Of a stretch of 64,000 nt of DNA, positions 50,699-62,667 are shown piece after piece. Below the pieces are notes generated by a model. The model did no database searches. It saw only the letters and a list, made by a program, of their open reading frames with translations, and was not told the DNA's origin. The translations under genes were made by a program, and so were the position numbers. Origin of the DNA: Antechinus flavipes (Eukaryota). The DNA lies in assembly GCF_016432865.1 (NCBI RefSeq), contig NC_067402.1, positions 135,408,001-135,472,000 on the forward strand, given 5' to 3'. How positions within the stretch are numbered: the first letter of the stretch is position 1; each line of letters starts with the position of its first letter.

Positions 50699-51916
50699 TT
50701 CATTCTAAGTGAATGAGAAACTGAAATTTGCAACATTGTTAGTGCCTTTCAGAAAAAGGTAATTATTAACAACACTCTTAAATATGTGAGTTCCATGTCT
50801 TTAAGTGTATTAGCCACATCTTTTTTTCTTGGTTCTTGGTTTTCTTGATTGAAAATTAGGACTGTATCAGGTTAAGGTTGACAGTAATCAGATTTTAGTC
50901 AAGAAATTAGTCAAGATTTTTTAAAGCAGAAAGAAATTAGTCAAGATTTTTTTTAAAGCAGAAAGATAACAATAATATTTTCTTATTGCCAGTTATAGTC
51001 AGTTTAGTTCTGAAGAGTTACACTACTGGGGAACTGTATAATTGGAATAGCTGCAAAATAAGAATGAATAATTATGTTTGATGCATTTATTACAATCTAG
51101 TCTACCAGAAGTATAATAAATCTTTGTGTAAAAGTTAGAGGAATCAATAATAACAACTAAATCATTTGACAGCCCCCAAATAAAGCATTATTTCAATGTA
51201 ATCCCAATTTTTAAACATAGAAACTTAAGGTTTTGAGAAGCAATCTTCTCTAAATGGCATAATTCTCAATGTTCAGTGAGAATCTTCTTTTTGAGGGGAA
51301 AAACCTTTAATTCTTAACAGTATGATATTTGCATTGTACTTGCTTCACACAGATATTGTGGGAAAAGTAGTCATATAAGAATGAATTGTGAACTTGTGCC
51401 AAATAGTCCCCTCCCACTTTCTTTTCTTCCTTTAAAATATACTGAGTCTAGTGGAAAGCATTTTAAGTTTTGCGTAAAGAGGACCTAGATTCCAGGTGCA
51501 GCTCTGCCACTTGTAAATTAGGGCTTGGCCAATTCATTTAGTTTTCCTGGGACTTGGATCTTTTGTTTATAAAATGAAGGGGTGCTGTATATTTCAGTTT
51601 TTAGATTCACACCAGTTCTTTTTTGAAATCTTATCCTTATGTGGAATTTACCAATTGTTCTTAAAGCTTTTGCCAGCAAAAACAAATATGATTCTGCAGC
51701 ATTTGAATGAATTTACAAGTGAATAAATAAATTTATGAAGAAATAAAGGAAATATTCATTAAGTGTTTATTATATGCCTGACACTATGCTAAGTTCCGGG
51801 AATATCATTCAAAAAAAGTGAGGCACTCTTTGCCTTTGAGAAGGATGTATTCTATTAAGTACAACAGTACTTAAAGGGGAAAGGTAGCTGTAGAGAAATT
51901 TTTTTTTCCTATAGTA

Positions 51917-52062
51917 TTTTTTTTTTTTTTTTGGTGATGTTACTGGGCTTAAGTGACTTGTCTAGGGTCACACAGTTAAAGTGTTAACTGTCCAAAATCT
52001 GTGTTCTCAGGTCATTCTTATTTTAGAGCCAGTTCCCTATTCACTACACTATCTAGCTGTCC
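51917..52062 (-). mobile_element. Short marsupial SINE (WSINE1-like)
   Basis: Poly-T; gggcttaagtgacttgtctagggtcacacag...ctatctagctgtcc. Confidence 0.8.
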
Positions 52063-52384
52063 TTGGGGAAAGATAACTGGGAAAGTCCATATTTGGTCCA
52101 AGAAGTCACAAGGAGGATGAATGGAATGTGTTTTCTCCAGGAATGGTAGTGATGATTTTACTATTTTTTTCTGACTTAGAAGTGCAAAGTGACAGAGCAT
52201 GAAGGTGGCCAGAGACTCCCCAGTGTCTGGGTTGGTTGGGTAATGTAAAAATTTCACCAGTCATGAGTATAAATTACTAGGGCAGTATCTGTAGTTCCAG
52301 GTTAGAAAGTGAGATTAGAATGAGAAGGAGTAACTGGACAGCAGGAAATAAGTTTGGGTTGGCTTAGGTTTGGCTATATCATGA

Positions 52385-52830
52385 TATTCAGTTTTGATTT
52401 GTTTTGTCATTTTTCTTATTTCCATTTACATACATTGTTGTAGTCATCAACATTCTTTTTTGCTTTTTTCTACTTTACTTTGCATCAGTTCACATTTTCC
52501 TATGCTTCTTTGTACTATTTTCAATATATTTATAACTTACAATGCAATATTCTTTTGTATTAACTTATTATGACATAATATTCTTTTTATTAATTATTAA
52601 TGTATAAATTAATCAATTTAATCATTCCTCAATAAATAGCCTTGTTTCAAATTCTTTATGAAACCAAAAAAAAAGTTATAAATATTTTGGTGTATATGGG
52701 ATGTTTCTTTTTGTTATTGGTATTAGGATCTCTGGGTCAAAAGGTAATCATTTCTTGACACAGTTCCAATTAGTTTCCCCAAAATTGTTAAACCAATTGA
52801 TAGCATCACCATCACTTTGTTAGTGTAGCC
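52385..52830 (-). mobile_element. Old L1 fragment
   Basis: aatattttggtgtatatgggatgtttc...gatctctgggtcaaaaggta...cacagttccaatt. Confidence 0.65.
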
Positions 52831-53159
52831 CTATTTTTTTAAGCAAGACGTTTCCATAGTTTTATCATCATGGCTCTAGCCATGGGCTATGTGGCTCTAG
52901 CTAGTAGAATATCATAATTTTAGGAGAATAACTACTCTGGATGACCCAAAGAGAATTGGTAGATATAAGTACCAACAATGATTGTCGAATGAAAAGTGAC
53001 ACAGAAAATGTAATTTAGTATGTGTATGCTCAAAAAAGAAAGTGACCAGTGAGAGAATGTGTACAGTTGAATTATTGTGCCTGAACTCTAAAATAAAATA
53101 AAGGAAAACTTTTCAGTGTGTTGTGCAAGTTCTCTAACACTAATTATAGAACCTGGCAT

Positions 53160-53272
53160 CTTTCCATCTCCTTTTCCTTCTCTTTCTCCCACCTCCCTCT
53201 TTCTTCTTTTCTTTTCTCTTTCTTTGTTTTTGTCTCTCCTCTCTTCTCCCTCTCCCTGTTCTCCCTCTTCCC
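53160..53272. repeat. Polypyrimidine tract
   Basis: Near-pure C/T. Confidence 0.9.
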
Positions 53273-55208
53273 ATATACAATACATTAATTTGAAAACTGC
53301 TTTACATATATTATCTCATTTGAGCCTCACAACCTTATGAGATAAGTGTTATAAGTAGTTGCTTTATAGATGGGGAAGATTTGTTTAAAGACATAGGTGG
53401 GCAAGAAGTACATAAGATGATAACATATAGAAAGGCTGGAATCTGTACTAATGGAGGAAATATCTATACTATTAGATGACAGATCCACTGAAGGAACAAA
53501 TTAAGTTCTTTCAGCTCAAAGTATCTGGATTCAAATTCCATCTCTGGTTATTTCTGTGATCTTTGGCAAGTAACTTAATCTTGCTGTACCTCATTTTTCT
53601 CATGTTTAAAATGAGGTGTAGTTTACTAAATAATGATGTTTAAGACAGCTAAGTAGCATAGTGGATAGGCGAGGTTTGGAGTCAAAAAGAACTGAGATGT
53701 AGTTTTCAAGATGGGATTCAAACTTGGGTCTTTTTGTGACGCGTATTTCAATATTGTTTCTTTTACACCCTGCTGCAATTGGACTGCAAACCCCGTGGGA
53801 TAGAGTATAAATTAGGGTCCTTTTAATCCTTTTCCAAAAGGGTATAATTATTAAAATAGCAACAGTTTGTGGAGAAATTAAAAGCAGGTGACACAGTAAG
53901 AGTAAGGGATTGCAGATACTGTGTCGAAATCTCAGAATCACAGTATATTAGAGGCAATTTATCTTCATATCTATCTGCCTGAAAAAGCCTTTCTCTCCAG
54001 TAATTGGTCACCTGGCCTTCCATAGGTGGGTGTCCTCTGGTGAGAGGGAACCTAAAATATCTCGAAGCAATCTTTCTCACTTTGAACCAAGTTGTTAGGA
54101 AGCTTTTCTTGACATCAAGACTGAGTCTTCTTCTGTCTGTGCATTGGGGCCAAGCAAAAGAAATCTCATCCTCAGCTTCTTCCCTGTCTTCCAAAAAAAG
54201 GTTTTGTGTTTATGGTTAGAGTATTCTTTATTATGCTTGTAGGAACATGAGCAAAATATATTAATTTATTTCTTTTTCTGGGAAACTCATAACTTGACTC
54301 ATTCCTTGTTTAAGTGACAGGTTTATTTGTGGGAGTTTATGGAATGTGGATATATCACACATACAGATCTCTACAAACAACAGAACAAAGTTATCAGGCA
54401 CTGATCTACCCTGATAAAGTAAAAATATGATCATAGGATGTTACTTAACCATTTGTTGTTCCAAATTAAAATCAATACTTCTTGCATACAAATATTTCTG
54501 AGAATAATCAATGTAATTATCATAGCCAGCATTTATTTAGCACTTTTTGTAAAGCATTTTACATTTGATCCTCACAGCAATTCTGTGAAGCCTGTTGCTG
54601 ATTTTAATTCCCATTTTACAGATGAGGAAGTTGAGGCTAAGTGGTTAATCATCCCTATCTGATATTCTATTGACTATCATAATTGTAATTTTGAGTTGAC
54701 TGATTTTGAAGAAGGTTTGGTACTGATTCAATATAATTTTTAGTTTCTCACACGTACACACACATAATTGTGCTGTTAAAAATTATATGTGAATATTTTA
54801 TCTTGTAAAAGACAGTATAAGACTGAGATAAAAGAAATCAAAAAATTTTTTGGAGCAGGTGAATTGGTGAATGAATAGACCATACTGCTTCATTTTAAGC
54901 ATTAATTCTAATTCTGACAAGAAAGGTAAGCTCATCAAAATTATGAAATTTAGGACCATTTTCTTTTTCTAGCATTGTGAAGAAGTTTCAAAATAATTTT
55001 TGAGAATTTTATTCAAAATTATATAAAATTAAATTTGATTTGATCCTGTTTAAAATATTTCCAAATACCTCTCTGCCTCTCCCCTTTACTAGGATGTAGT
55101 TTAGATTTCTAATGCCCTGAGTATATTCTCTTCTCCTCCTTTCCCCTCCTGGTCCCAGACCTCACTTTACCCTTCCTTTTCTGTTTTCTTCCATTAGAAT
55201 GTAAGCCC

Positions 55209-55348
55209 NNNNNNNNNNNNNNNNNNNNNNNNNNNNNNNNNNNNNNNNNNNNNNNNNNNNNNNNNNNNNNNNNNNNNNNNNNNNNNNNNNNNNNNNNNNN
55301 NNNNNNNNNNNNNNNNNNNNNNNNNNNNNNNNNNNNNNNNNNNNNNNN
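55209..55348. other. Assembly gap
   Basis: Run of N. Confidence 1.
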
Positions 55349-55452
55349 CTCAATCCCTCCCTCTTCTCCCTTCTCCTTTTTCCTTCTCTGTTTTTCTCTT
55401 TGTTTCTATCTCTTTTAGAATTGCCATTTTAATTTTTAAAAATTGTGTAAAG

Positions 55453-55590
55453 GGACAGCTAGGTGGCACACTGGATAGAGCATCAGCCCTGAAGTTATGA
55501 AGAGCTGAGTTCAAATCTTGCCTCAGACACTTAATACTTTCTACCCTGACCCTGAGGGTCACTTAACCCCAATTGCCTCAGCCAAAAAAA
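55453..55590 (+). mobile_element. WSINE1-like SINE with 15-bp TSD
   Basis: TSD AAAAATTGTGTAAAG at 55438-55452 and 55591-55605; ggacagctaggtggcac...cacttaaccccaattgcctcagcc + A tail. Confidence 0.95.
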
Positions 55591-56249
55591 AAAAATTGTG
55601 TAAAGATTGGGTCTATATAATGCCAATCAGATGGTTTGAATAAGTTAAAGAAAGTGATTTGTTGATTTAGATACATATTTCTAAGAACTATAAAGTGTCT
55701 TAAAAGTTATGCTATATATCTACTTGTATACTTAGTTGCCTCACCTTTAAGTAAAATGTGATATTTACTGTTACTGTGATACTTTCATTTTTCACTGCAA
55801 TTTTGGGATTGAAATCTCTTTTTCCCCTTTGAATTTTTATTCTAGGAAGTACAGAGTATTGCTTTTGGGTGGGAGTTTCATCTAATGTGAAGTATATGTT
55901 TTAAAGGTTTTCAGTGATAATGTTAACTTCTTGTGATTAAACAGTATCAGACTTTAAATTTTTTTGAGGACTAAAATAGTAACAAGTCAATATGAAAGAG
56001 GAGAACTATTATTTATGTTAGCTCCATGTTTTTAAAATCCATGATTTTACTATTCTGAGTAGACCTGCTGCAGAAGTCAAATGGAATTTTTGACTCTTTA
56101 TAATATGCTTTGGATTAAAGAAATGATTGATTGAATGAAGGAATAAACAAACAAATAAGTAAATACATCAGCTAGTAAGGAACTGTTGTGGGAACAATTA
56201 GAAGGATTTTTGGATTGACATGTAAGATCAGTGATCTGAGTAAATATTA

Positions 56250-56751
56250 TAAATCAGATTTATTTATTTTGGTAAGTTATTTGTTAATATAATCAGCATA
56301 TCCCAAGCACTAGAGAGATGTAGATGAAATTTGAAACAGTTTCTAGCCTCAAGGAGTTTACATGGTAGCTTGAGGGGAATATTAAGGTCTAGTTCAAGTC
56401 TTTAAGGATGGCAGAGTCTAGGGGATATTTGAAGACTTAAAAGTAACCAATAGAATAGGGATGCCTGAAGATTTTAGAGAGAGGAGAAATGATTGAAGCT
56501 GTGGATTGAATAAAACAGATCATGGTGGGATGAAGGGCATATGTAAAAGGGTTTGTGTTAGTAAGGAAAAAGGATATATTATTGTCAGAGAACTGGAAAG
56601 GAGGACAAAGTGGAAGATAGCTGTAGGTTCTGAGATAAAGAGAATAAGAGAAGGAGGAAGTCAGAGTAGAATGTGCAGCCTCAGCTTTTTTATTAAAGTC
56701 GAAGGAAAAGTCTTTAACTAAAATAAAGGTGAAAAGAAGAGAAGAGAGGTG

Positions 56752-56800
<49 letters not shown>
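56250..56800 (-). mobile_element. L2 fragments followed by (GT)n
   Basis: tctagcctcaaggagtttaca...; purine-rich antisense L2 text; (GT)n at ~56755-56800. Confidence 0.5.
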
Positions 56801-56803
<3 letters not shown>

Positions 56804-57218
56804 TGGGGAATCAATTAAGGAAGAATAGAAGGTTTGGAATTACTGTGAGATGAGTTCAAAGATCAGCAGCCTTGACAGTTATGCCCATCATGTACTTTTG
56901 GGGATATGTACTCATATAGAAGAGGTAGTAGTGATATCACTGCTGTGTGATAGGCTAGGTGATTCAGCATCTCCTTTGGTGAGACAGTACCTCATATGGA
57001 GAAGATTTTGGAGAGAAGTTAAATTAAATTTTGGTAAATGGCATGGGCTTATACTATTATCAGTTACTCCAGTGAGTGAAAACTGTCCTTTTTATGAAGA
57101 AACTTAGATGCAAAAATAGCAAATTATTTGGATAGAGCCACTTCAATCTTTTGGCTATAAATTCAGTTTACTTTTCAGGAGAGAAAACTTACTAAATACT
57201 TGAATTTTAGTATCAGGT

Positions 57219-57572
57219 TGTTGTACCACAGTTCCCTTTTATTGTCCTGCCTCAGTTTCCCTAAATTGTTTTACCTCGGTTTCCTTGAATTGTTCTGCCT
57301 TAATCCCCCTGTTTATAACCCTCATCCTGATCATTATGACTGATATAATTTAGGACTAGTTACTCTAAGGTTATACATTATAAATGTGTAAATTCAAGAT
57401 AAAGGGGAGTTCAGACTGACTGGCTCCCAACCTGTCAGAACTGAATTGATAGTCCCTGCCTGGAGATTCCCCATCACCAGAGCTTTGACTTCACCCCACT
57501 TTGTGTACCTGAGCTAAGAAAATATTAAAAACTCTCTAATCTCTATCTTGCCCCAGTTCCTCCGACATTACA
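57219..57572. mobile_element. Probable solo LTR (~350 bp) with 24-bp x3 internal repeat
   Basis: TGT...ATTACA ends; GC-richer than flanks; ttgtcctgcctcagtttccctaaa-type units at 57242, 57266 and 57290; flanks aggt/agtt give an imperfect 4-bp TSD. Confidence 0.55.
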
Positions 57573-58007
57573 AGTTAATTGGCAAGCCCTTTTAAAAATA
57601 TGTATTTTGATACTTTCAAATTTTCATAAACATACAGTTCTATGAGAAGTTTAAAATTTGCCTGTGATAATAGGGAAAACATGTTATTTGGAAACCAGGC
57701 TTGTAGAATTGTTTTTGGTTTTTATTATTTTTGAAAGTGGTTCCTGGGATTTGACCATCTCATTAATGTTACTGAAGTTTTTAATAACTTTTTAATGATA
57801 TGAGTTTCATTGGGATCTTCAGATTAAGCTTGTGTAAATGAATGTCTTGACACTGGACATTGAATTGTATCACATCATCAGTGTCTGAATTGGTCTGGTC
57901 ATGGGAACATATAATTAATGATTGTAATGTACTGCCCTTGACTATGAATATTTATTTTAAAAATTCAGAACTTTTTAGTACTTTGTCACTATATTAAGCT
58001 TGAAGGA

Positions 58008-58242
58008 GGATATGTGGCAAAGTGAATAGAATATTAGGCTTGAAATTAGGAAGACTCATATTCAAATCTGGCCTCAAATACTTAAAGCTGTATGACCGTA
58101 GGCAAGTTACCTCCATTTGTCTTTAGTTTTCTCATCTGTAAAATGAGCTGGAGAATGAATTGGCAAACTACTCCAGGATCTTTGCTAAGAAATCCTAAAT
58201 GTAGTCATGAAGAGTTGGGCATGACTCTACAACAAAACAAAA
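58008..58242 (+). mobile_element. Mar1-like CORE-SINE
   Basis: ttttctcatctgtaaaatgagctggagaatgaattggcaaactactccaggatctttgctaagaaa. Confidence 0.85.
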
Positions 58243-59858
58243 TTATGTACAGGGCCTTTTTACAGTTGCTTGATGTAAAGATGAAAAACATGATCCCTAC
58301 ATTTATCAAGTTTCCAGTCAAATAAGGGTATAAGACATATGCAGAAATAACTGCAATTCAAATCAAAATGTCATAAATATAAGAAGGGGAAAATATAAAG
58401 GGATGACAAATTAGAGAGAAAAGAATTACTTCTTCTTGAGGTGATTAGGAAAAGTATCATGGAGAGTCATAGCAAGAGTCATCTATTTGTGTTTTCACAT
58501 CTGAGAAAGGAATAGAAACCTCAGGACTGAGAATAATTCATGGTTATTATTATTCCAGGCCTTTTAAATTATGAGTTTCTAGAATAAAGGAATCTCATTT
58601 CCTGTGCTGTTTTTTTTTTTTAATCACTTGGGGAACTATTAAATGTTACTGATTATTATTTGATGAGAAACAGGATTGGTGGTAGCTTAAATCTGTAGTT
58701 ACTGAAGACTTTTTGTAATTAAAGTTTAAGATGAGACTTTTGATCTTTATAAGCTGTTAGAGATTTGTAGTATGCTTGTGCCTATATGCAAGTATTTTAA
58801 AATGAGTAAATAGTTTCTTACATTGTTATATTATGCTAATTTTCCATGATAGGTTAAGCTGGTACTATCTTTTAGAGTTTGAGTGTATATTCTTTTTAAA
58901 AATTAAAACATTTGAAAGCAAAGGTATTGGAATTTTATTTAAAAGGAACTTTGCTATATTCTTGGTGATAATTAAACTGGAGAATCACTGGAAAATGATT
59001 TTCTTCTTTATGCATGGAATTTCATTTACACAGTGTCTTGCTATGAATAGAGATGATACAATGTATTCATCTCTTCAGAGCTTAAAAAAAGGAGTTATTG
59101 GTCTTTTCACAGAAATGAACTGTTGCCAAACTATGTCTAAAAATACCATAAAGATTTATCTAATTGTTGCCAAGAGTTAAGCCAAAATTAAAAAAAAACA
59201 CTATGAGAAAAAATGACTTAGATCACCCACTTCTAGTAGTCTTTTCCCTTTAGACTTAAGGTTTAGGTAATATAACTTGTATATACATATTCTTTGAGGT
59301 TCTCCAACTTAAAGATGAAAATAGATCAAAATATAACTTAATGCAACCACTTTCTTTGCAATGTACAAATGTTATTTTGAAATGAGCCACCTGTTACTTT
59401 TAGGGTGTTATAGTAATATAGCACAAAACTTTGCAGGAATCTCCTTCAGGGCCAAAACATAATCCATATTTCATATCATCAAAGATAGTGATTGCATTCA
59501 ATTTCTCTGCAGCTACAGGTTATTTAATCTTGATATATATGGAGATTATTTGGCAATCCTACATTTGGCTCTCAACCTTTAGGAAAGAAGGAAAGATGAA
59601 GAGATGTACTTGTGATGTTGCTTACATCAGTGTGAAATTGTTAACAGATTGATAATTATCATTGAAAGCTTTTTTATTTTATTTCCAAGTTGGCTCAAAT
59701 GAGAACCTTTTGCTTATTTTTTTTTTAACAGGGACAAAAAGACACAATATGTATGAGATCAGCTCCTTAAAATAACCTAAAATATATGTGCTCTTGACTT
59801 CATATAACCTATAATATTTTTCATAAGCCTAAAAGTATTATTTTTTTCTTGTCCACAG

Positions 59859-59878
59859 CGAAGGAAGAAGCGGTGTAA
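59859..59878 (+). other. Candidate small exon (3' boundary uncertain)
   Basis: Strong acceptor tatttttttcttgtccacag|; CpG-containing purine-rich CGAAGGAAGAAGCGG; repeat-free surroundings. No canonical donor. Confidence 0.3.
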
Positions 59879-60333
59879 AGTACTTCTTGGGTTGTATATC
59901 TTGGGTTATAGTTGGTTTAATTTTGAGTTTGGACTTTAGATTTTTTAAAACTTTATTATCAGTGTATCAGATTACAGAAACCCTTTGGTCACAGCCTATA
60001 ATTAAGGAAAAATAGGTTGTAAAGGTTTTGAGTTCTGAGCTTTTTCATATACAAACATCAGTATAATGATGAGTTTCCTAATGGAGATCAGACCTGGTAA
60101 ATGAGGCATTCTCTTTCAGTAGAGTGTTTAATAGTAATTCAGTAATAATTGCTTTGTATTATGATTCATATTTCAGAGTATTCAGTAGCAATAATACATC
60201 CGATCTGAAAATATCATTAGAATGTTAACAGGGCATTAACCTACTAAACTCTTGTTCTCTAATGACTATGATTTTGGGAAGAAAAAAATATCCCATTTGA
60301 CTGAATTTCTATTCTTTGTCTCTTCTGTTTCAG

Positions 60334-60448
60334 GCTGACATTTTCCCCTGATGCAGGATTTGGGGTTCAGGGAAGGGAGGGAAGAGAAGAGACAGGAGAT
60401 GCAAGCGTTGGCCTGTTTAGTTTTTTCTTAAATAGTAGCAATAGCTAA
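60334..60448 (+). other. Candidate exon (possibly terminal)
   Basis: Strong acceptor ttctttgtctcttctgtttcag|; purine-rich body; one frame is open to TAA at 60446-60448. Confidence 0.25.
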
Positions 60449-61212
60449 ATTCTATCTTATTTGTTTAATATCAGTTTTCGCTCCAATTCCAATTATATAT
60501 GATTTCTAGAAAAATATATGACCTACTTCTAAAAACTTGGCACAGGAACCTGGATTTTCTACGTTATTTAAGTTACAGACCATGTGATAGCCTGAATAGT
60601 AGTTCCTACTTTGTAGTGAAACAGCTTATGAATGTTTTCTGTGCAGGCATTTTAGGAATTACATAAAACAGCTAAGCACCTAAGAATCCTCTTCATTGTG
60701 TGTGCCTCTTTTCCCTTTCTGGATATGAACCAGGTTTTCAGTACAGGGTTAACTTAACCTTGATTTAAAACATAGTCAGAATGATTTATTTGAATGGAGT
60801 TTCTAAACTAGCATGTGAAAAGGATGGTAGTAAATCAGCATCTCTTCAGGATGGGCAAGAAGTGGAATCTATATTTAGGTGCTAGGAACCATAAAATTTC
60901 TTGTCATTTCTAAGAAGATGGTTCTCTTTTGGTCATATGTTAAGCATGATTGTACCCACTGTGCTTTTTGTAGAAGGTGAAAAATATAATTCTCTTCCCC
61001 CTCTTTTTAATTCAACAAGTAAATTATAAAAGTTTTGATAGAGCCTGAATTTTTCCTTCTTAGATCTGATTGGACTCTATTTATATTGTAACATTCAATC
61101 ACATAAATCTTTTTGGAAATAGAAGTCATTATGTATAGTCATTTTTCTTTAATGTATTCTTAGTCTTCATAGCTTTTTGAAAAAAGAATAATTTTATTTC
61201 ATTTGGTCTTTT

Positions 61213-61392
61213 TCATTTCATTTTTCATTCCCTTTCTCTCCCTCTCCTTTCTCCCTCCCTCTCTTCCTCCTTTCCTCCATTCCTCTCCCTCTTCCTTTTT
61301 TCCTTCCTTTTCCACCCACTTTTCTACCTTTTCTTTTTTCTCATTCTCTTTTTCCCTTTCTCTTTATTCCCTCCACTCCTCCTCCTTTTTTT
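61213..61392. repeat. Polypyrimidine tract
   Basis: Near-pure C/T. Confidence 0.92.
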
Positions 61393-61550
61393 AAAATGAC
61401 TCATAGACGCCAACCTTAGCTTGACAGTCAATTTATTAGCAGAGACCATTAATGAGCTCTTGCCTCTTGAAAAGAGATGATTGGCTTCACCTTGTTCAAT
61501 ACAGCAAGGGAGAACTATGTACATTAATCCATTATATCTGTTTAAGTCCT

Positions 61551-61797
61551 GGGGCAGCTGCTGGTTGGATAGAGCCTGGCCTTGGAGTAAGGAAAACCTG
61601 TGTTCAAATTTTGTGTCAGATACTTACTAGCTGTTTGATCTTGGGAAATTATTTCACGCCTAATAAAGGAAATTATTTCCTTTCTGGAAAAGGAAATTGC
61701 AAACCATTCAAATGTCTTTGCTAAGACAATTCCATAGACAATATTGACAATGCTGTGATCCACACAGCTGGATATCACTGAATAACTGGACAACAAT
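61551..61797 (+). mobile_element. Mar1-like CORE-SINE
   Basis: ggggcagctgctgg...ggaaaaggaaattgcaaaccattcaaatgtctttgctaagacaa. Confidence 0.82.
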
Positions 61798-61904
61798 TCA
61801 GGTTTGAAAAATTTCTAAAGTGGCAAGAAAGGTTTTGATGTATTTTCACATCGGGCTGAAAATCAGAAAGATTTGTTCCATTGAATAGAATTATGTTGTG
61901 TTAC

Positions 61905-62105
61905 TGAGCCAGTGGAGTATGCTGGCTTCAGATCCAGTGAGATCTGGGTTCAAGGCCCATCTTTAACAATGGATAATTATGTGACCCTTGGTCAATCTCA
62001 TCATCTCTCAATGCTCTAGATAGCTCTTTTAAGACTAAAAATTCCTACATTGGAGGGAACTTCCTTCTCTGGGAGTTTGCATGACCAATAAAATTGCAGA
62101 TTTAG
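61905..62105 (+). mobile_element. Marsupial CORE-SINE with 'aagactaaaa...ggagggaacttcc' tail
   Basis: Same tail type as 12345-12572. Confidence 0.55.
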
Positions 62106-62396
62106 TCCTTATTTTTACATTGTACCACATACTTTTGGTATTGTATTCCTCCATTTAAAGTTACCATGAACAGGGTCTTTGGCTTTCTTATTGAGAGGAT
62201 TCTGTCCAGGCACAGATCACATTCTGTGTATAATTTGGCAACAATTTCTGATTGTTATTCTTGAGACCTTATATGGCTTGTCCTTAGTCATAATTCTAGT
62301 AAGACAAGATATGAATTCATTTTTTCAACTCCCAAATTTAGTATTTCCTGTGAAACGCAGCCTTACTAATTCAGGCTTTGTTTGGAGGGGACTGGT

Positions 62397-62521
62397 GGTG
62401 AGGCAGTTGGGATTATGTGACTTGTCCAAGTTCACACAGCTAGTACATGTTAAGTATCTGAGGTCAGATTTGAACTCACATTCTCCTGACTCCAGAGTTG
62501 GTGCTCTGTCCACTAGCTTCC
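62397..62521 (-). mobile_element. Short marsupial SINE (WSINE1-like)
   Basis: gaggcagttgggattatgtgacttgtcc...tttgaactcacattctcctgactccagag...tgctctgtccact. Confidence 0.85.
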
Positions 62522-62667
62522 TTTTTAATGCATGCTTTTTAAAGCATACATTTCTTGAATGCCTTCATAGCTACAACCTGAGCAATTGATACATCAAAAC
62601 AATATGAAATGTTAAATATTAGAGATAAGGGGAGGAAAGAAACACTTTCTACAGGAGTCTACATTTC

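Noticed and set aside
52869-52884. Palindrome CATGGCT-CT-AGCCATG
   Set aside because: Too short, with no supporting context.
60064-60209. Box C (ATGATGA) ... box D (CTGA) snoRNA-like arrangement
   Set aside because: No terminal stem, long spacing, and no rRNA/snRNA complementarity that I can identify.
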